Origin: Betaproteobacteria bacterium | GTDB lineage: Bacteria; Pseudomonadota; Gammaproteobacteria; Burkholderiales; Ga0077523 | DNA length: 64,000 bases | Reading direction: 5' to 3' | Assembly: GCA_025350245.1 (NCBI GenBank) | Contig: JANXYG010000125.1 | Coordinates: 90-64,089, forward strand | Shown here: positions 22,892-31,954 of the stretch, one piece after another | Position numbering within the stretch: the stretch's first letter is position 1 | Layout: each line of letters opens with the position of its first letter | Program-made: the position numbers and the translations under genes | The notes under the pieces: generated by a model | Seen by the model: the letters and a program-made list of their open reading frames with translations, nothing else | What the model was told of the DNA's origin: nothing | Databases searched by the model: none

Positions 22892-23686
22892 TCAGACCCC
22901 AGTGAACATGAATGCCGTGAGCACGAAATCGAGCGCGAGAATCGCCAGCGCCGACGTCACCACGGTCCGGGTGACCGCATAGGACACGCCCTCTGCGGTG
23001 GGCGGCGCGTCGTAACCCTCGAACAGGGCGATCAGGGTAACAGCCACGCCGAAGACGGCGCTCTTGATCAGGCCGTTCACGACATCGTCCCGGAAATCCA
23101 CATTGCCCTGCATCTGCGACCAGAACGCGCCGGCATCGACGCCGATCAACACGACCCCGATCAGGTAGCCCCCGAACACACCGAACGCGCTGAAGATGGC
23201 GGCCAGCAAGGGCATCGAGATCGCACCGCCCCAGAACACCGGGGCCAGCACCCTGGCGAAGGGGTCCACCGCCATCATCTCCATCGCCGACAACTGTTCG
23301 GTCGACTTCATGATGCCCACCCGCGCCGTGATCGCGGACCCGGCCCGGCTGGCGAACAGCAATGCCGCGACGACCGGCCCCAGTTCGCGCACCAGCGACA
23401 GGGCAACCAGGGTGCCAAGCGCTTCGGCCGAGCCATAGCGCTTGAGCGTCTCGTAACCTTGCAAACCCAGGACCAGCCCGACGAACAGGCCCGACACGAT
23501 GATGATGATCAGCGACAGCACACCGGTGAAATGGATCTGGTCGAGCAGCAGGCGGGGACGGCGCCAGGTTTCGCCGGATCGGCGCAGGATGGTGCCGGAG
23601 AAACGCGTCGCGCAGCCGAGTTTCCAGATGCCGCCGATCACGCGCGAGCCGACGTGGCGCAGCCCGGCGTCGAGCGCGCCGATCAT
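22892..23686 (-). CDS. mlaE: phospholipid ABC transporter permease MlaE
   Basis: This 264-aa polytopic permease lies between mlaF and mlaD. Confidence 0.85.
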   Translation of the reverse strand: MIGALDAGLRHVGSRVIGGIWKLGCATRFSGTILRRSGETWRRPRLLLDQIHFTGVLSLIIIIVSGLFVGLVLGLQGYETLKRYGSAEALGTLVALSLVRELGPVVAALLFASRAGSAITARVGIMKSTEQLSAMEMMAVDPFARVLAPVFWGGAISMPLLAAIFSAFGVFGGYLIGVVLIGVDAGAFWSQMQGNVDFRDDVVNGLIKSAVFGVAVTLIALFEGYDAPPTAEGVSYAVTRTVVTSALAILALDFVLTAFMFTGV

Positions 23687-24531
23687 GGCCGGGGCCCCAG
23701 GCCCAGGTCGGCCGCATACGCGCCTTCGCCATAGTGGAACCGGACCGGACCATCCGACTCGCCATGCACGAACTGATGCACCTGCGGATCGGTGGAATTG
23801 CGAATCTGGTCGGGGGTGCCGTCGGCGATCACACGGCCGGCGGCGATGATATAGACGTGGTCGACAATGCGAAACGACGCCTCGACATCGTGCGTGACCA
23901 GCACCGACGCGGCGCCGAGAGCATCGTTCAGTTCCCGTATCAGGTCGGCGATGATGCGCAGCGATATCGGGTCGAGGCCGGTGAACGGCTCGTCGTACAG
24001 CATGAGCATCGGATCGATGGCGATGGCGCGGGCGAGCGCGACCCGCCGCGCCATGCCGCCCGACAGCGACGCCGGCATCAGCGCGGACGCACCGCGCAAT
24101 CCGACCGCCTGCAGCTTCATCAGGACCAGGTCCCGGATCAGCGATTCGGGCAGTCGCGTGTGTTCTCTGAGGGGAAATGCCACGTTCTCGTAGACCGACA
24201 GATCGGTGAACAGTGCCCCGAACTGGAACATCATGCCCATGCGCCGGCGCATCTGGTAGAGATCGCCGTGGCCGAGCGCCGCGACATCGCGGCCATTCAC
24301 GCTCACCTGCCCGGCGCTTGCCTTGATCTGGCCGCCGATGAGACGCAGGATCGTGGTCTTGCCGCAGCCGCTGCCGCCCATCACCGCCACGACCTTGCCG
24401 CGGGGGATGTGCAGACTGATTCCGCTCAGGACGGCACGCGAGTCGTAACCGAACGCGACCTGGTCGAGTGTGACGATGGATTCGGAAGCCACGGAATGTT
24501 CAAGAGACACGGAACCCGATTGTAAGTGCAT
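23683..24531 (-). CDS. mlaF: phospholipid ABC transporter ATP-binding protein MlaF
   Basis: It has Walker [10 protein letters not shown], signature LSGGMARR and Walker [12 protein letters not shown]. The start is trimmed to ATG 24531, and the 510-aa ORF is an extension. Confidence 0.85.
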   Translation of the reverse strand: MHLQSGSVSLEHSVASESIVTLDQVAFGYDSRAVLSGISLHIPRGKVVAVMGGSGCGKTTILRLIGGQIKASAGQVSVNGRDVAALGHGDLYQMRRRMGMMFQFGALFTDLSVYENVAFPLREHTRLPESLIRDLVLMKLQAVGLRGASALMPASLSGGMARRVALARAIAIDPMLMLYDEPFTGLDPISLRIIADLIRELNDALGAASVLVTHDVEASFRIVDHVYIIAAGRVIADGTPDQIRNSTDPQVHQFVHGESDGPVRFHYGEGAYAADLGLGPRP

Positions 24532-24666
24532 TGCGGGCGGCGCCACCAAGTTGCTCCCGGTTCGAGGCCTGCGAGCTGCCAGTCCTTGTCGGCGCCGGCG
24601 GATTCGGCTAGGTTCCGCAGCGTGTTCCGACCCGCGATCCGCGTTTTCCCCGGGTTCCGCCAATCC

Positions 24667-25422
24667 ATGCTGCCGGTGTCCGCTCCAGCCCTGACCTGCG
24701 AGGCCGTGTCGAAGCGGTTCGGTGCTGCGCACGCGCTCGATGCCATCGACCTGCAGGTCAGGAGTGGGGAATGCTTCGGGCTCGTGGGCATGAATGGCGC
24801 CGGCAAGACCACGCTGATACGGTGTCTGCTCGACGCCAACCGGGCCGATGCAGGCAGCATCACCATTTTCGGCACCGACAGCCGCCAGACCGCCGCCCGC
24901 AGCCAACTTGCCTTCCTGCCGGAGCGGTTCAGTGCGCCGTACTACGCCACCGGCGCGGATTTCCTGCGGCTCATGGCGCACCTGTACCGCCATCCCTGGT
25001 CGGCAGCCGAAGCGAGCCACCAGGTCAGCTTGCTCGATCTCGACCCCGCGGTCCTCGGGCGCCCGGTCCGCGGGCTGTCCAAGGGCATGACGCAGAAGCT
25101 CGGCCTGGCCGCCTGCCTGCTGGCCGGGCGGCCCCTGCTGGTGCTGGACGAGCCTACCAGCGGACTCGATCCGGCGGCGCGGGCACGGCTGAAAGCGGCC
25201 CTGCGCGAACGCCATCGCGGCGGCAGCACCGTATTCTTCACCTCACATGCGCTCGCCGACGTTGACGAAATGTGCGATCGGCTGGCCGTGCTGCACCAGG
25301 GTCGGCTGCGGTTCGTCGGCACGCCGGCACAGTTGCGCGAATGCCATGCCGCGCCCACGCTCGAGCAGGCATTCCTCGATTGCATCGCTGTTGCCGCGGC
25401 GCCGGGCCTCGCCACGGGTTGA
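24667..25422 (+). CDS. ABC-2-type (DrrA/CcmA-like) ATP-binding protein without an adjacent permease
   Basis: It has Walker A GMNGAGKTT, signature LSKGMTQK and Walker B LVLDEPTSGLDP. The start is ATG 24667 (MLPVSAPALTCEAVSKRFG). Confidence 0.85.
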   Translation: MLPVSAPALTCEAVSKRFGAAHALDAIDLQVRSGECFGLVGMNGAGKTTLIRCLLDANRADAGSITIFGTDSRQTAARSQLAFLPERFSAPYYATGADFLRLMAHLYRHPWSAAEASHQVSLLDLDPAVLGRPVRGLSKGMTQKLGLAACLLAGRPLLVLDEPTSGLDPAARARLKAALRERHRGGSTVFFTSHALADVDEMCDRLAVLHQGRLRFVGTPAQLRECHAAPTLEQAFLDCIAVAAAPGLATG

Positions 25423-25452
25423 GGCGCACCGTCCGCGATCGGCCGTTATCCT

Positions 25453-25467
25453 TGGGCACTGCTTTGC
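25453..25467 (+). promoter_or_regulatory. weak sigma-54 (-24/-12)-like element upstream of the response-regulator gene
   Basis: TGGGCACTGCTTTGC has GG-N10-GC spacing and a good -12 TTTGC, but an imperfect -24. It lies about 65 nt upstream of GTG 25530. Chance matches are common at this G+C. Confidence 0.25.
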
Positions 25468-25529
25468 CAGGCCCCATCTGGCAGAATGCGCTCGGCTCAC
25501 CTCGACGATAGAAACGCACGCTGCCCCAA

Positions 25530-26999
25530 GTGAACGCCACGGCTCCCGACAGCCAGCCAGCCCGACCCGATCTGCTGATCGTCGACGACGACCCGCTCAT
25601 CACCGATACGCTCGACTTCTTGCTCGGGCGCGATTTCAACGTCTACGCCGCCGAATCACGCCCCCAGGCGCGCAGCCTGCTCGCCCAACTTGGCCGGGTT
25701 CCCGGGCTGGCACTCGTGGATCTGGGCCTGCCACCATTGCCGCATCGCCCCGACGAGGGGTTCCGGCTGATCTCGGAACTGCTGGCCGCGGCCCCGGCGA
25801 TCAAGATCATCGTGCTCTCCGGGCAGAACGACGACGCCAATGGCCGCCATGCCCGGGCGCTCGGCGCTTTCGAATTCGTGGCCAAGCCATGCGATCCGGA
25901 AACGCTGAAAACGCTGCTGCTGCGTGCCCGCGAAGTGTCCTGCGCCGAGCGCACGGCCGCGGCGGCCGGCGACCGCATCATCGGGACCAGTTTCGCCATC
26001 GCCAAGCTGCGCCAGCAGATTGCCCAGTACGCCGCGTCGCCATTCCCGGTCCTGATCGAAGGTGAATCCGGCAGCGGCAAGGAGCGGGTGGCGCAGGCAC
26101 TGCACGATGGCAGCCCGCGCGCGGCACGCCCCTACCTCGCGCTCAATTGCGCGGCAATTGCCCCCGGCCTGGTCGAACCGACGCTGTTCGGCTACGCCAA
26201 AGGCGCGTTCACCGGTGCCGGCACGGCGCGCGCGGGCTACTTCGAGGATGCGCGCGATGGCACGCTGTTCCTGGACGAGATCGGTGAATTGCCGCTCGAG
26301 CTGCAGTCGAAACTGCTGCGTGTGCTCGAGAATGGCGAATTCCAGCGCGTGGGTGAAACCCAGACCCGCAACAGCAATGCGCGGGTGATCGCCGCCACCA
26401 ATCGAGACCTGCGGCAGGAGATCCGCGGCGGCAGGTTTCGCGTCGACCTGTTTCACCGGCTGTCCGTGTTCTCTATCCTGGCCCCGCCCTTGCGCGATCT
26501 GGGCGAAGACCGGGAACGACTTCTGGAGCACTTCACGCACCGGTACGCCGCGCAGGGCGGTGTCGCGCCGTTCCGGCTCGACGCCGATGCGCGTGCCTTG
26601 TGGATGGCGTATCCGTTTCCCGGCAACGTGCGCGAACTGCGCAACATCGTGATCCGGCTGGTCACCAAGCACCCGGGAACAACGGTGGACCGATTGCTGC
26701 TCGCCACCGAACTCGATAGCGATGGCGGCGCATTCCGAAGCACCGCATCGCCCGATGCCATGTTCGAACCCACCCAGGCCGATGCGCGGCGCATTCTCGA
26801 ACAGCGTCGAACCCTGGACCTCGACGCCGAGCTGCGCCAATGGGAACGCTGTTTCGTCGAGGCGGCACTGGATCTTTCGCAAGGCAATCTGAGCCAGGCA
26901 GCGCGGATTCTGGGCATGCATCGCACCACGCTCTACAGCCGCATGCAGAGCTATCGGACGGAAGCGGTCGCAGCCGGATCACCGCGACCGGCTCTCTGA
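25530..26999 (+). CDS. sigma-54-dependent response regulator (NtrC/PilR class)
   Basis: It has a receiver domain (LLIVDDD, VDLGLPP, AKP). It also has an AAA+ sigma-54 interaction domain ([14 protein letters not shown]) and a C-terminal Fis-type HTH ([20 protein letters not shown]). Confidence 0.9.
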   Translation: MNATAPDSQPARPDLLIVDDDPLITDTLDFLLGRDFNVYAAESRPQARSLLAQLGRVPGLALVDLGLPPLPHRPDEGFRLISELLAAAPAIKIIVLSGQNDDANGRHARALGAFEFVAKPCDPETLKTLLLRAREVSCAERTAAAAGDRIIGTSFAIAKLRQQIAQYAASPFPVLIEGESGSGKERVAQALHDGSPRAARPYLALNCAAIAPGLVEPTLFGYAKGAFTGAGTARAGYFEDARDGTLFLDEIGELPLELQSKLLRVLENGEFQRVGETQTRNSNARVIAATNRDLRQEIRGGRFRVDLFHRLSVFSILAPPLRDLGEDRERLLEHFTHRYAAQGGVAPFRLDADARALWMAYPFPGNVRELRNIVIRLVTKHPGTTVDRLLLATELDSDGGAFRSTASPDAMFEPTQADARRILEQRRTLDLDAELRQWERCFVEAALDLSQGNLSQAARILGMHRTTLYSRMQSYRTEAVAAGSPRPAL

Positions 27000-27039
27000 C
27001 CCGTTCCCGATAGCTCACAACCGAAGGCCCCCCCGACCC

Positions 27040-28563
27040 ATGTACTACGCCTTCTACGGACTGAAGCTGCCACCATTCCGTATCACGCCGGACACCGAGT
27101 TCTTCTTCGATGGTGCCAATCGCGGCGCGGTGCTGGAGGCGCTGACCTACGCCATCATCTCCGGCGAGGGGATCGTCAAGGTAACCGGCGAGGTCGGCAG
27201 CGGCAAGACCATGCTTTGCCGGGTCTTGCAGCAGCGGCTGGCGCCGACCGTGGACATCGTCTATCTCGCCAATCCGAACGTGCCCCCCGAACAAATCCTG
27301 CATGCGATCGCGTTCGAGCTGCAGTTGCCGGTCGGACGCGAGGCGTCCCGCCTCGAGGTGATGCATGCCCTGCAGGCGTATCTGGTGGAACGGCATGCGC
27401 AACGCCGGCAAGTGGTGGTGTTCGTCGAAGAATCCCAGGGAATGCCGATCGCCACCCTGGAGGAGATCCGCCTGTTGTCCAACCTCGAAACCGACCGGCA
27501 CAAACTGCTGCAGCTGGTGCTGTTCGGCCAGCCCGAACTGGACGAGAACCTGCGCCAGAACCACATCCGCCAACTGCGGGAACGCATCACCCACAGCTTC
27601 TACCTGTCGCCATTGTCGGCGGCGGAGATCGAAGACTATCTTCGCTTCCGCCTGCAGGCGGCCGGCTATCGTGGTCCCGACCTGTTCTCGCGCCGGGTGA
27701 TCCAGTTCATCGCGCGGGCCAGCGCCGGCCTCACTCGAAGGGTCAACATCATCGCCGACAAGGCGCTGCTGGCGGCCTACGCCGGCAACACACACACAGT
27801 CACACTCGCGCACGTCAGGCAGGCCGTCGATGACAGCGAATTCAGCCGCGGGCAGTCGCCGCGCCGGCGGCGAGCATGGTTGCCATGGGCCGCGGGTATC
27901 GCCTGCACCGCGATCCTGGTCAGTGGTGCCGCCTGGTGGCGGTGGTCGGCGAATGCCGCTCCCGTGAGTGGCTCGCGGCTCGATCCGACGGCGGCGATCA
28001 CAACGCCTGCCCAGGCAGGCGTTGCGGAACCTCCCTCGCAATCGCAGCCCGTGCCCGCCCGGCCTACTCCGGTGTCGGTTGACCCGCGGCCACCGGGCCC
28101 GGAAGACGTCGATCTCGCCGGCCCGCAGCGCCTGCATATTTCAGCAAACATCAGCGCGCCTCCCACGGTGCCGACAGCAAGGGGCGACGCGGCATCCGCA
28201 ACGGGTGACGCCGGCCAGACGCTGCTCGAGCGCCGCCTCGCCGCGATGCCAGCCTGGCTGCGCGCCCAGCCGGAAGACGCTTACACGGTCCAGCTCATCG
28301 GGGCCAGCGACGCAAAATACCTCAAGCAATATTTGAAGACACTCTCGAAGTCTATTGATACGGATAATGTTTTTGTGTACCGTACCAGAGCAAATCTGAA
28401 GCCCTTCATGACCGTGGTGTATCGGACGTATCCATCCTTACGATCCGCCAGGGATGCCATCGACCAGTTTCCTTCGGATTTGCAGCGATTCCGCCCCTAT
28501 GAGCGGACCATCCGCGGCCTGCGTGCCGAAGTGATGGCGGGGGTCGGCGCCGCCGACCCGTGA
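27040..28563 (+). CDS. ExeA/MshM-like AAA+ ATPase fused to a periplasmic SPOR-like domain
   Basis: It has the N-terminal YYAFYGLKLPPF motif and Walker A GEVGSGKT. A TM segment (AWLPWAAGIACTAILVSGAAWW) and a Pro-rich linker follow. The C-terminal region YTVQLIGASD...VVYRTYPSLRSARDAI is SPOR-like. Confidence 0.8.
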   Translation: MYYAFYGLKLPPFRITPDTEFFFDGANRGAVLEALTYAIISGEGIVKVTGEVGSGKTMLCRVLQQRLAPTVDIVYLANPNVPPEQILHAIAFELQLPVGREASRLEVMHALQAYLVERHAQRRQVVVFVEESQGMPIATLEEIRLLSNLETDRHKLLQLVLFGQPELDENLRQNHIRQLRERITHSFYLSPLSAAEIEDYLRFRLQAAGYRGPDLFSRRVIQFIARASAGLTRRVNIIADKALLAAYAGNTHTVTLAHVRQAVDDSEFSRGQSPRRRRAWLPWAAGIACTAILVSGAAWWRWSANAAPVSGSRLDPTAAITTPAQAGVAEPPSQSQPVPARPTPVSVDPRPPGPEDVDLAGPQRLHISANISAPPTVPTARGDAASATGDAGQTLLERRLAAMPAWLRAQPEDAYTVQLIGASDAKYLKQYLKTLSKSIDTDNVFVYRTRANLKPFMTVVYRTYPSLRSARDAIDQFPSDLQRFRPYERTIRGLRAEVMAGVGAADP

Positions 28564-28633
28564 TCGTGGTGGGGCGACGTCACCGTCGGCGTCACGCAAC
28601 CAGGGAAGTCATAGCATTGGGCCGAAGGCAGCG

Positions 28634-30430
28634 ATGATGACCGGGTCGGAACCTTGGCTTCGCGGCAGGGCCGTGACCGCCGGCAGCGTGTTCGTGCTGG
28701 CGCTGGCGAGCACGTTGTCTGCGTGCGTCTACCGCGCGCCGTCGATCCCGGTTTCCGACGCCCATCTCGGGATGGAACGGATGGCGCCGACGACGCCGGG
28801 CGACATCCCTGCCGCCGTATCGGTGCCGTCGCCGCCACCGCCGCGACCGCAGCAGAAACTGCCCACCTACAGCGTGGTCGTGAATGAAGTCCCGGTGAAG
28901 GAACTGTTGTTCGCCCTGTCTCGCGACACCCGGCAGAACATCGACATCAACCCTGCATTGCAGGGACTGGTCAGCCTCAACGCCATCGACGAAACCCTGC
29001 CGGCGATTCTCGACCGGATCGCGCGCCAGACCAACCTGCGCTGGCGCCAGGACGGACGCGTCATCTACGTGTCGCCCGACACGCCGCACGTGCGCACCTA
29101 CAAGGTCAACTACGTGAACGTCAGCCGCGAGACCGATTCGACGGTATCGGTCTCCGGACAGATCGGCACGGTCGGCGGTACCGGCGGCGGAGCCGGTGGT
29201 GGTGGCGGCGGTTCGAACTCGTCCAGTACGACCGTCAACACCAAATCCAAGAACGATTTCTGGAAGACGCTCGAAGACAACGTCAAGAGCATCCTCGCGG
29301 CCACCCGCGCCCAGACGCTGTCGTCTGACGAGCGGGCTGCCCGGGCCGAAGGCATCCGGGCCCGGCGGGAGGAGCGGATCGCGCAGGCGGAAGCCGTCGC
29401 GCGCGCGGGGCAGAACGCGAAAGACCTGTTCAATAGTGCCTTCGACGGACAGACCGCGGCGGCGATCCCCGGCGACGTCACCAACGAGGTCGCGGTGAAT
29501 GCGGTCGCCGGGACCGTGACGATCCTCGCCACCGACAAGCAGCACACCCTGGTCCAGCAGTACCTCGATGCCGTGTCGGCCGCCACCCAGCGCCAAGTGC
29601 TGATCGAGGCCACGATCGTCGAGGTCGAGCTGTCGCGTGCCTATCAGGCCGGCATCGATTGGGGGCGCGTCGCGAGCAGCCCCGGGGCCGGCATCAGCTT
29701 CGGCCAGAACCTGCTCGGCGCGACGCTGAGCGCCGCCCCGAACGTGAGCTTGAGCTATGGGTCGATCACGCCTGGAAACCTGTTCGCGACCATCAAGCTG
29801 CTCGAGACGTTCGGCAACGCGCGGGTCCTCTCGAGCCCCAAGGTCATGGCGCTGAACAATCAGACGGCGATCCTCAAGGTAGTTCGCAACGTCGTCTATT
29901 TCACCATCCAGCAGCAGATCAGCCAGAGCACCGTACTCGGCGGCACCGGCCTTCAGGCCACCACCACCACCGCCCGCACCGTGCCGCTCGGTCTGGTCAT
30001 GAGCCTGACGCCGCAGATCAACGAGAACGGTCAGGTAACGCTCAATGTCAGGCCGACGGTCACCAGTCAGGTCGGGGAAACGCTCGATCCGAATCCGGCC
30101 CTGGCGGTCACCAACCCACCCCTGAAGAACGCGATCCCGATCGTCGAGATCCGCGAAATCGAGTCGGTTCTGCAACTACAGAGCGGGCAGACCGCGATTC
30201 TCGGCGGCCTCATCAAGGACGAGATCCGGCGCAAGCGATCGCAGGTTCCCGGGGTCGGCAACACCGCTGTCGGTGACCTGTTCGCCCTACGCGACGAACA
30301 GGCGATCAAGACCGAACTCGTGATCTTCCTGCGCCCGACGATCGTCACCAACCCTTCGCTCGACGCCGAAGAACTCCGGTTCCTGCGCCCTTTGCTGCCC
30401 AACCCCGGACAGCCGGGCCCGGCGCGCTGA
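28634..30430 (+). CDS. lipoprotein secretin (MshL/GspD/PilQ superfamily)
   Basis: It has a lipobox (LALASTLSAC) and a C-terminal secretin core (LQSGQTAILGGLIKDE, VPGVGNTAVGDLFA, ELVIFLRPTIV). Confidence 0.85.
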   Translation: MMTGSEPWLRGRAVTAGSVFVLALASTLSACVYRAPSIPVSDAHLGMERMAPTTPGDIPAAVSVPSPPPPRPQQKLPTYSVVVNEVPVKELLFALSRDTRQNIDINPALQGLVSLNAIDETLPAILDRIARQTNLRWRQDGRVIYVSPDTPHVRTYKVNYVNVSRETDSTVSVSGQIGTVGGTGGGAGGGGGGSNSSSTTVNTKSKNDFWKTLEDNVKSILAATRAQTLSSDERAARAEGIRARREERIAQAEAVARAGQNAKDLFNSAFDGQTAAAIPGDVTNEVAVNAVAGTVTILATDKQHTLVQQYLDAVSAATQRQVLIEATIVEVELSRAYQAGIDWGRVASSPGAGISFGQNLLGATLSAAPNVSLSYGSITPGNLFATIKLLETFGNARVLSSPKVMALNNQTAILKVVRNVVYFTIQQQISQSTVLGGTGLQATTTTARTVPLGLVMSLTPQINENGQVTLNVRPTVTSQVGETLDPNPALAVTNPPLKNAIPIVEIREIESVLQLQSGQTAILGGLIKDEIRRKRSQVPGVGNTAVGDLFALRDEQAIKTELVIFLRPTIVTNPSLDAEELRFLRPLLPNPGQPGPAR

Positions 30431-30433
30431 CCC

Positions 30434-31954
30434 ATGAGTCTGCTGCTGCAGGCTTTGCAGAAAGCGGCCCGCAACCGCGAGCAGGCCAGTGCCGCATCGC
30501 CCGAAGCAAGCACCGAGCCGATCGCGGACAACCGGTCGATGCTCGACCTCGAGCCGGGCGAGTTCGACCCCAACCGCAGCATCGGCCGGGATCCCTCGGG
30601 TTCCGACCCGGAGACCGCCGCGACGCCCGCGGCAACGCCGCCTCTCGCATTGGAAACGCCCGCGTTCACAACCGCCGCCAGGGCAACGCCGCGTCCCACT
30701 TTTGTCGATGGCATGGACGAACCGACGCCGCGGCAGGCGGCGATCCTGATGCGTGCCGCCGCGACGGCGAAAGAACCGCGTTTCAACGCGATCGACTGGG
30801 CTCGCGACCATCCGGTCTATCTGTTCGCCGCGGCAGCGTGCGTTTTTCTGGCCGGTTACGGCGGCTACGTCTACCTCGCCATCACCCAACCCGGCCTGCT
30901 GTCGGGCGGCGGATTCAACCAGCAGGCGCCGGCGGCGCCGGTCGGCCCGCTTTCGGCCGCACCGCGCCCGCCCGGTGCGGCCACGAACGGCGCCGGGGCA
31001 ACGACCCCGTCGCAAACCGCACCCTCGCTGTTGCCGGCTGTCACCGGGACACCAACGGTCGCGCCCGGGCTGGGCCAGGCCGGCACCCCGCCCCAGGGTG
31101 GAACGACCGCGCAGCCGGCGCCGGCATTGCCGGCGCCGCGACCCGGCACCACTGCCGGCCAGACCAATACCGTTCAAGGTGCCGGCGCATCGGCGCCAGC
31201 CATCCCGCAACCGCCACCGCAGGTCGAACCGGTTCGACCGATCGCGGTTGCCGAATCACCGGCACCGATCGCGGCGCGATCCGGTTCCGCTCTCCGCGCC
31301 AGCCGCAGGCCGGCAGCGGAAGTTAACGGCAACATCCCCACGAACAAGCTGGAAGTACGCGCCAGCGGCAGTGCAGCCGCGATCACCGCTCAGTTGAACG
31401 AGGCCTATGCGGCATCCCGGAAGGGTGAAGCGCACGCCGCCGGGGATATCTATGAACGGGTACTGGCGAGCGATGCGCGCAATGTCGACGCGATGCTGGG
31501 CCTCGCCGCGCTCGCCTGGCAGGGCGGCAGAACCGAGCAGGCCAGCGACCTGTACTACCGAATCCTGCAATCCGAGCCGCAGAACGCCGCCGCGCAAGCC
31601 GGCCTGATCGGACTGGTGGGCCGGGTCGATCCGCTCGCGAGCGAAACCCGCCTGAAGCAACTCATCGCCCGCGAACCGGCCGGCTCACTTTATTTCGCTC
31701 TCGGCAATCTCTACACGTCGCAAGGCCAGTGGGCGGCCGGCCAGCGCGCCTATTTCCAGGCGGTGGAAGCCGATTCGGGCAATCCGGACTATGTGTTCAA
31801 CCTGGCCGTTGCCCTGGAACACATCGGGCAGCAGAAACCTGCGCTGGCCAACTACCGCAAGGCGCTGGACCTGTCGTTCGCCCGCGGCGGCGGTGGATTC
31901 GACCAGCAGCAGGTGATCGCCCGCATCGGCCAACTGTCGCTCGCCGTAGAATGA
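30434..31954 (+). CDS. bitopic TPR protein with GspB/MshN-like N-terminus
   Basis: It begins MSLLLQALQKAARNREQ and has a single TM (VYLFAAAACVFLAGYGGYVYLAI). A long Pro/Ala-rich spacer leads to C-terminal TPR repeats. Confidence 0.7.
   Translation: MSLLLQALQKAARNREQASAASPEASTEPIADNRSMLDLEPGEFDPNRSIGRDPSGSDPETAATPAATPPLALETPAFTTAARATPRPTFVDGMDEPTPRQAAILMRAAATAKEPRFNAIDWARDHPVYLFAAAACVFLAGYGGYVYLAITQPGLLSGGGFNQQAPAAPVGPLSAAPRPPGAATNGAGATTPSQTAPSLLPAVTGTPTVAPGLGQAGTPPQGGTTAQPAPALPAPRPGTTAGQTNTVQGAGASAPAIPQPPPQVEPVRPIAVAESPAPIAARSGSALRASRRPAAEVNGNIPTNKLEVRASGSAAAITAQLNEAYAASRKGEAHAAGDIYERVLASDARNVDAMLGLAALAWQGGRTEQASDLYYRILQSEPQNAAAQAGLIGLVGRVDPLASETRLKQLIAREPAGSLYFALGNLYTSQGQWAAGQRAYFQAVEADSGNPDYVFNLAVALEHIGQQKPALANYRKALDLSFARGGGGFDQQQVIARIGQLSLAVE

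Noticed and set aside
21989-23765. Two long ORFs (581 aa plus strand, 504 aa minus strand, alternative frame) overlap mlaC/D/E/F.
   Set aside because: They are shadow frames of the mla genes. Their composition is dominated by Arg, Gly, Pro and Ala, and the mla genes in the annotated frames carry clear family motifs.
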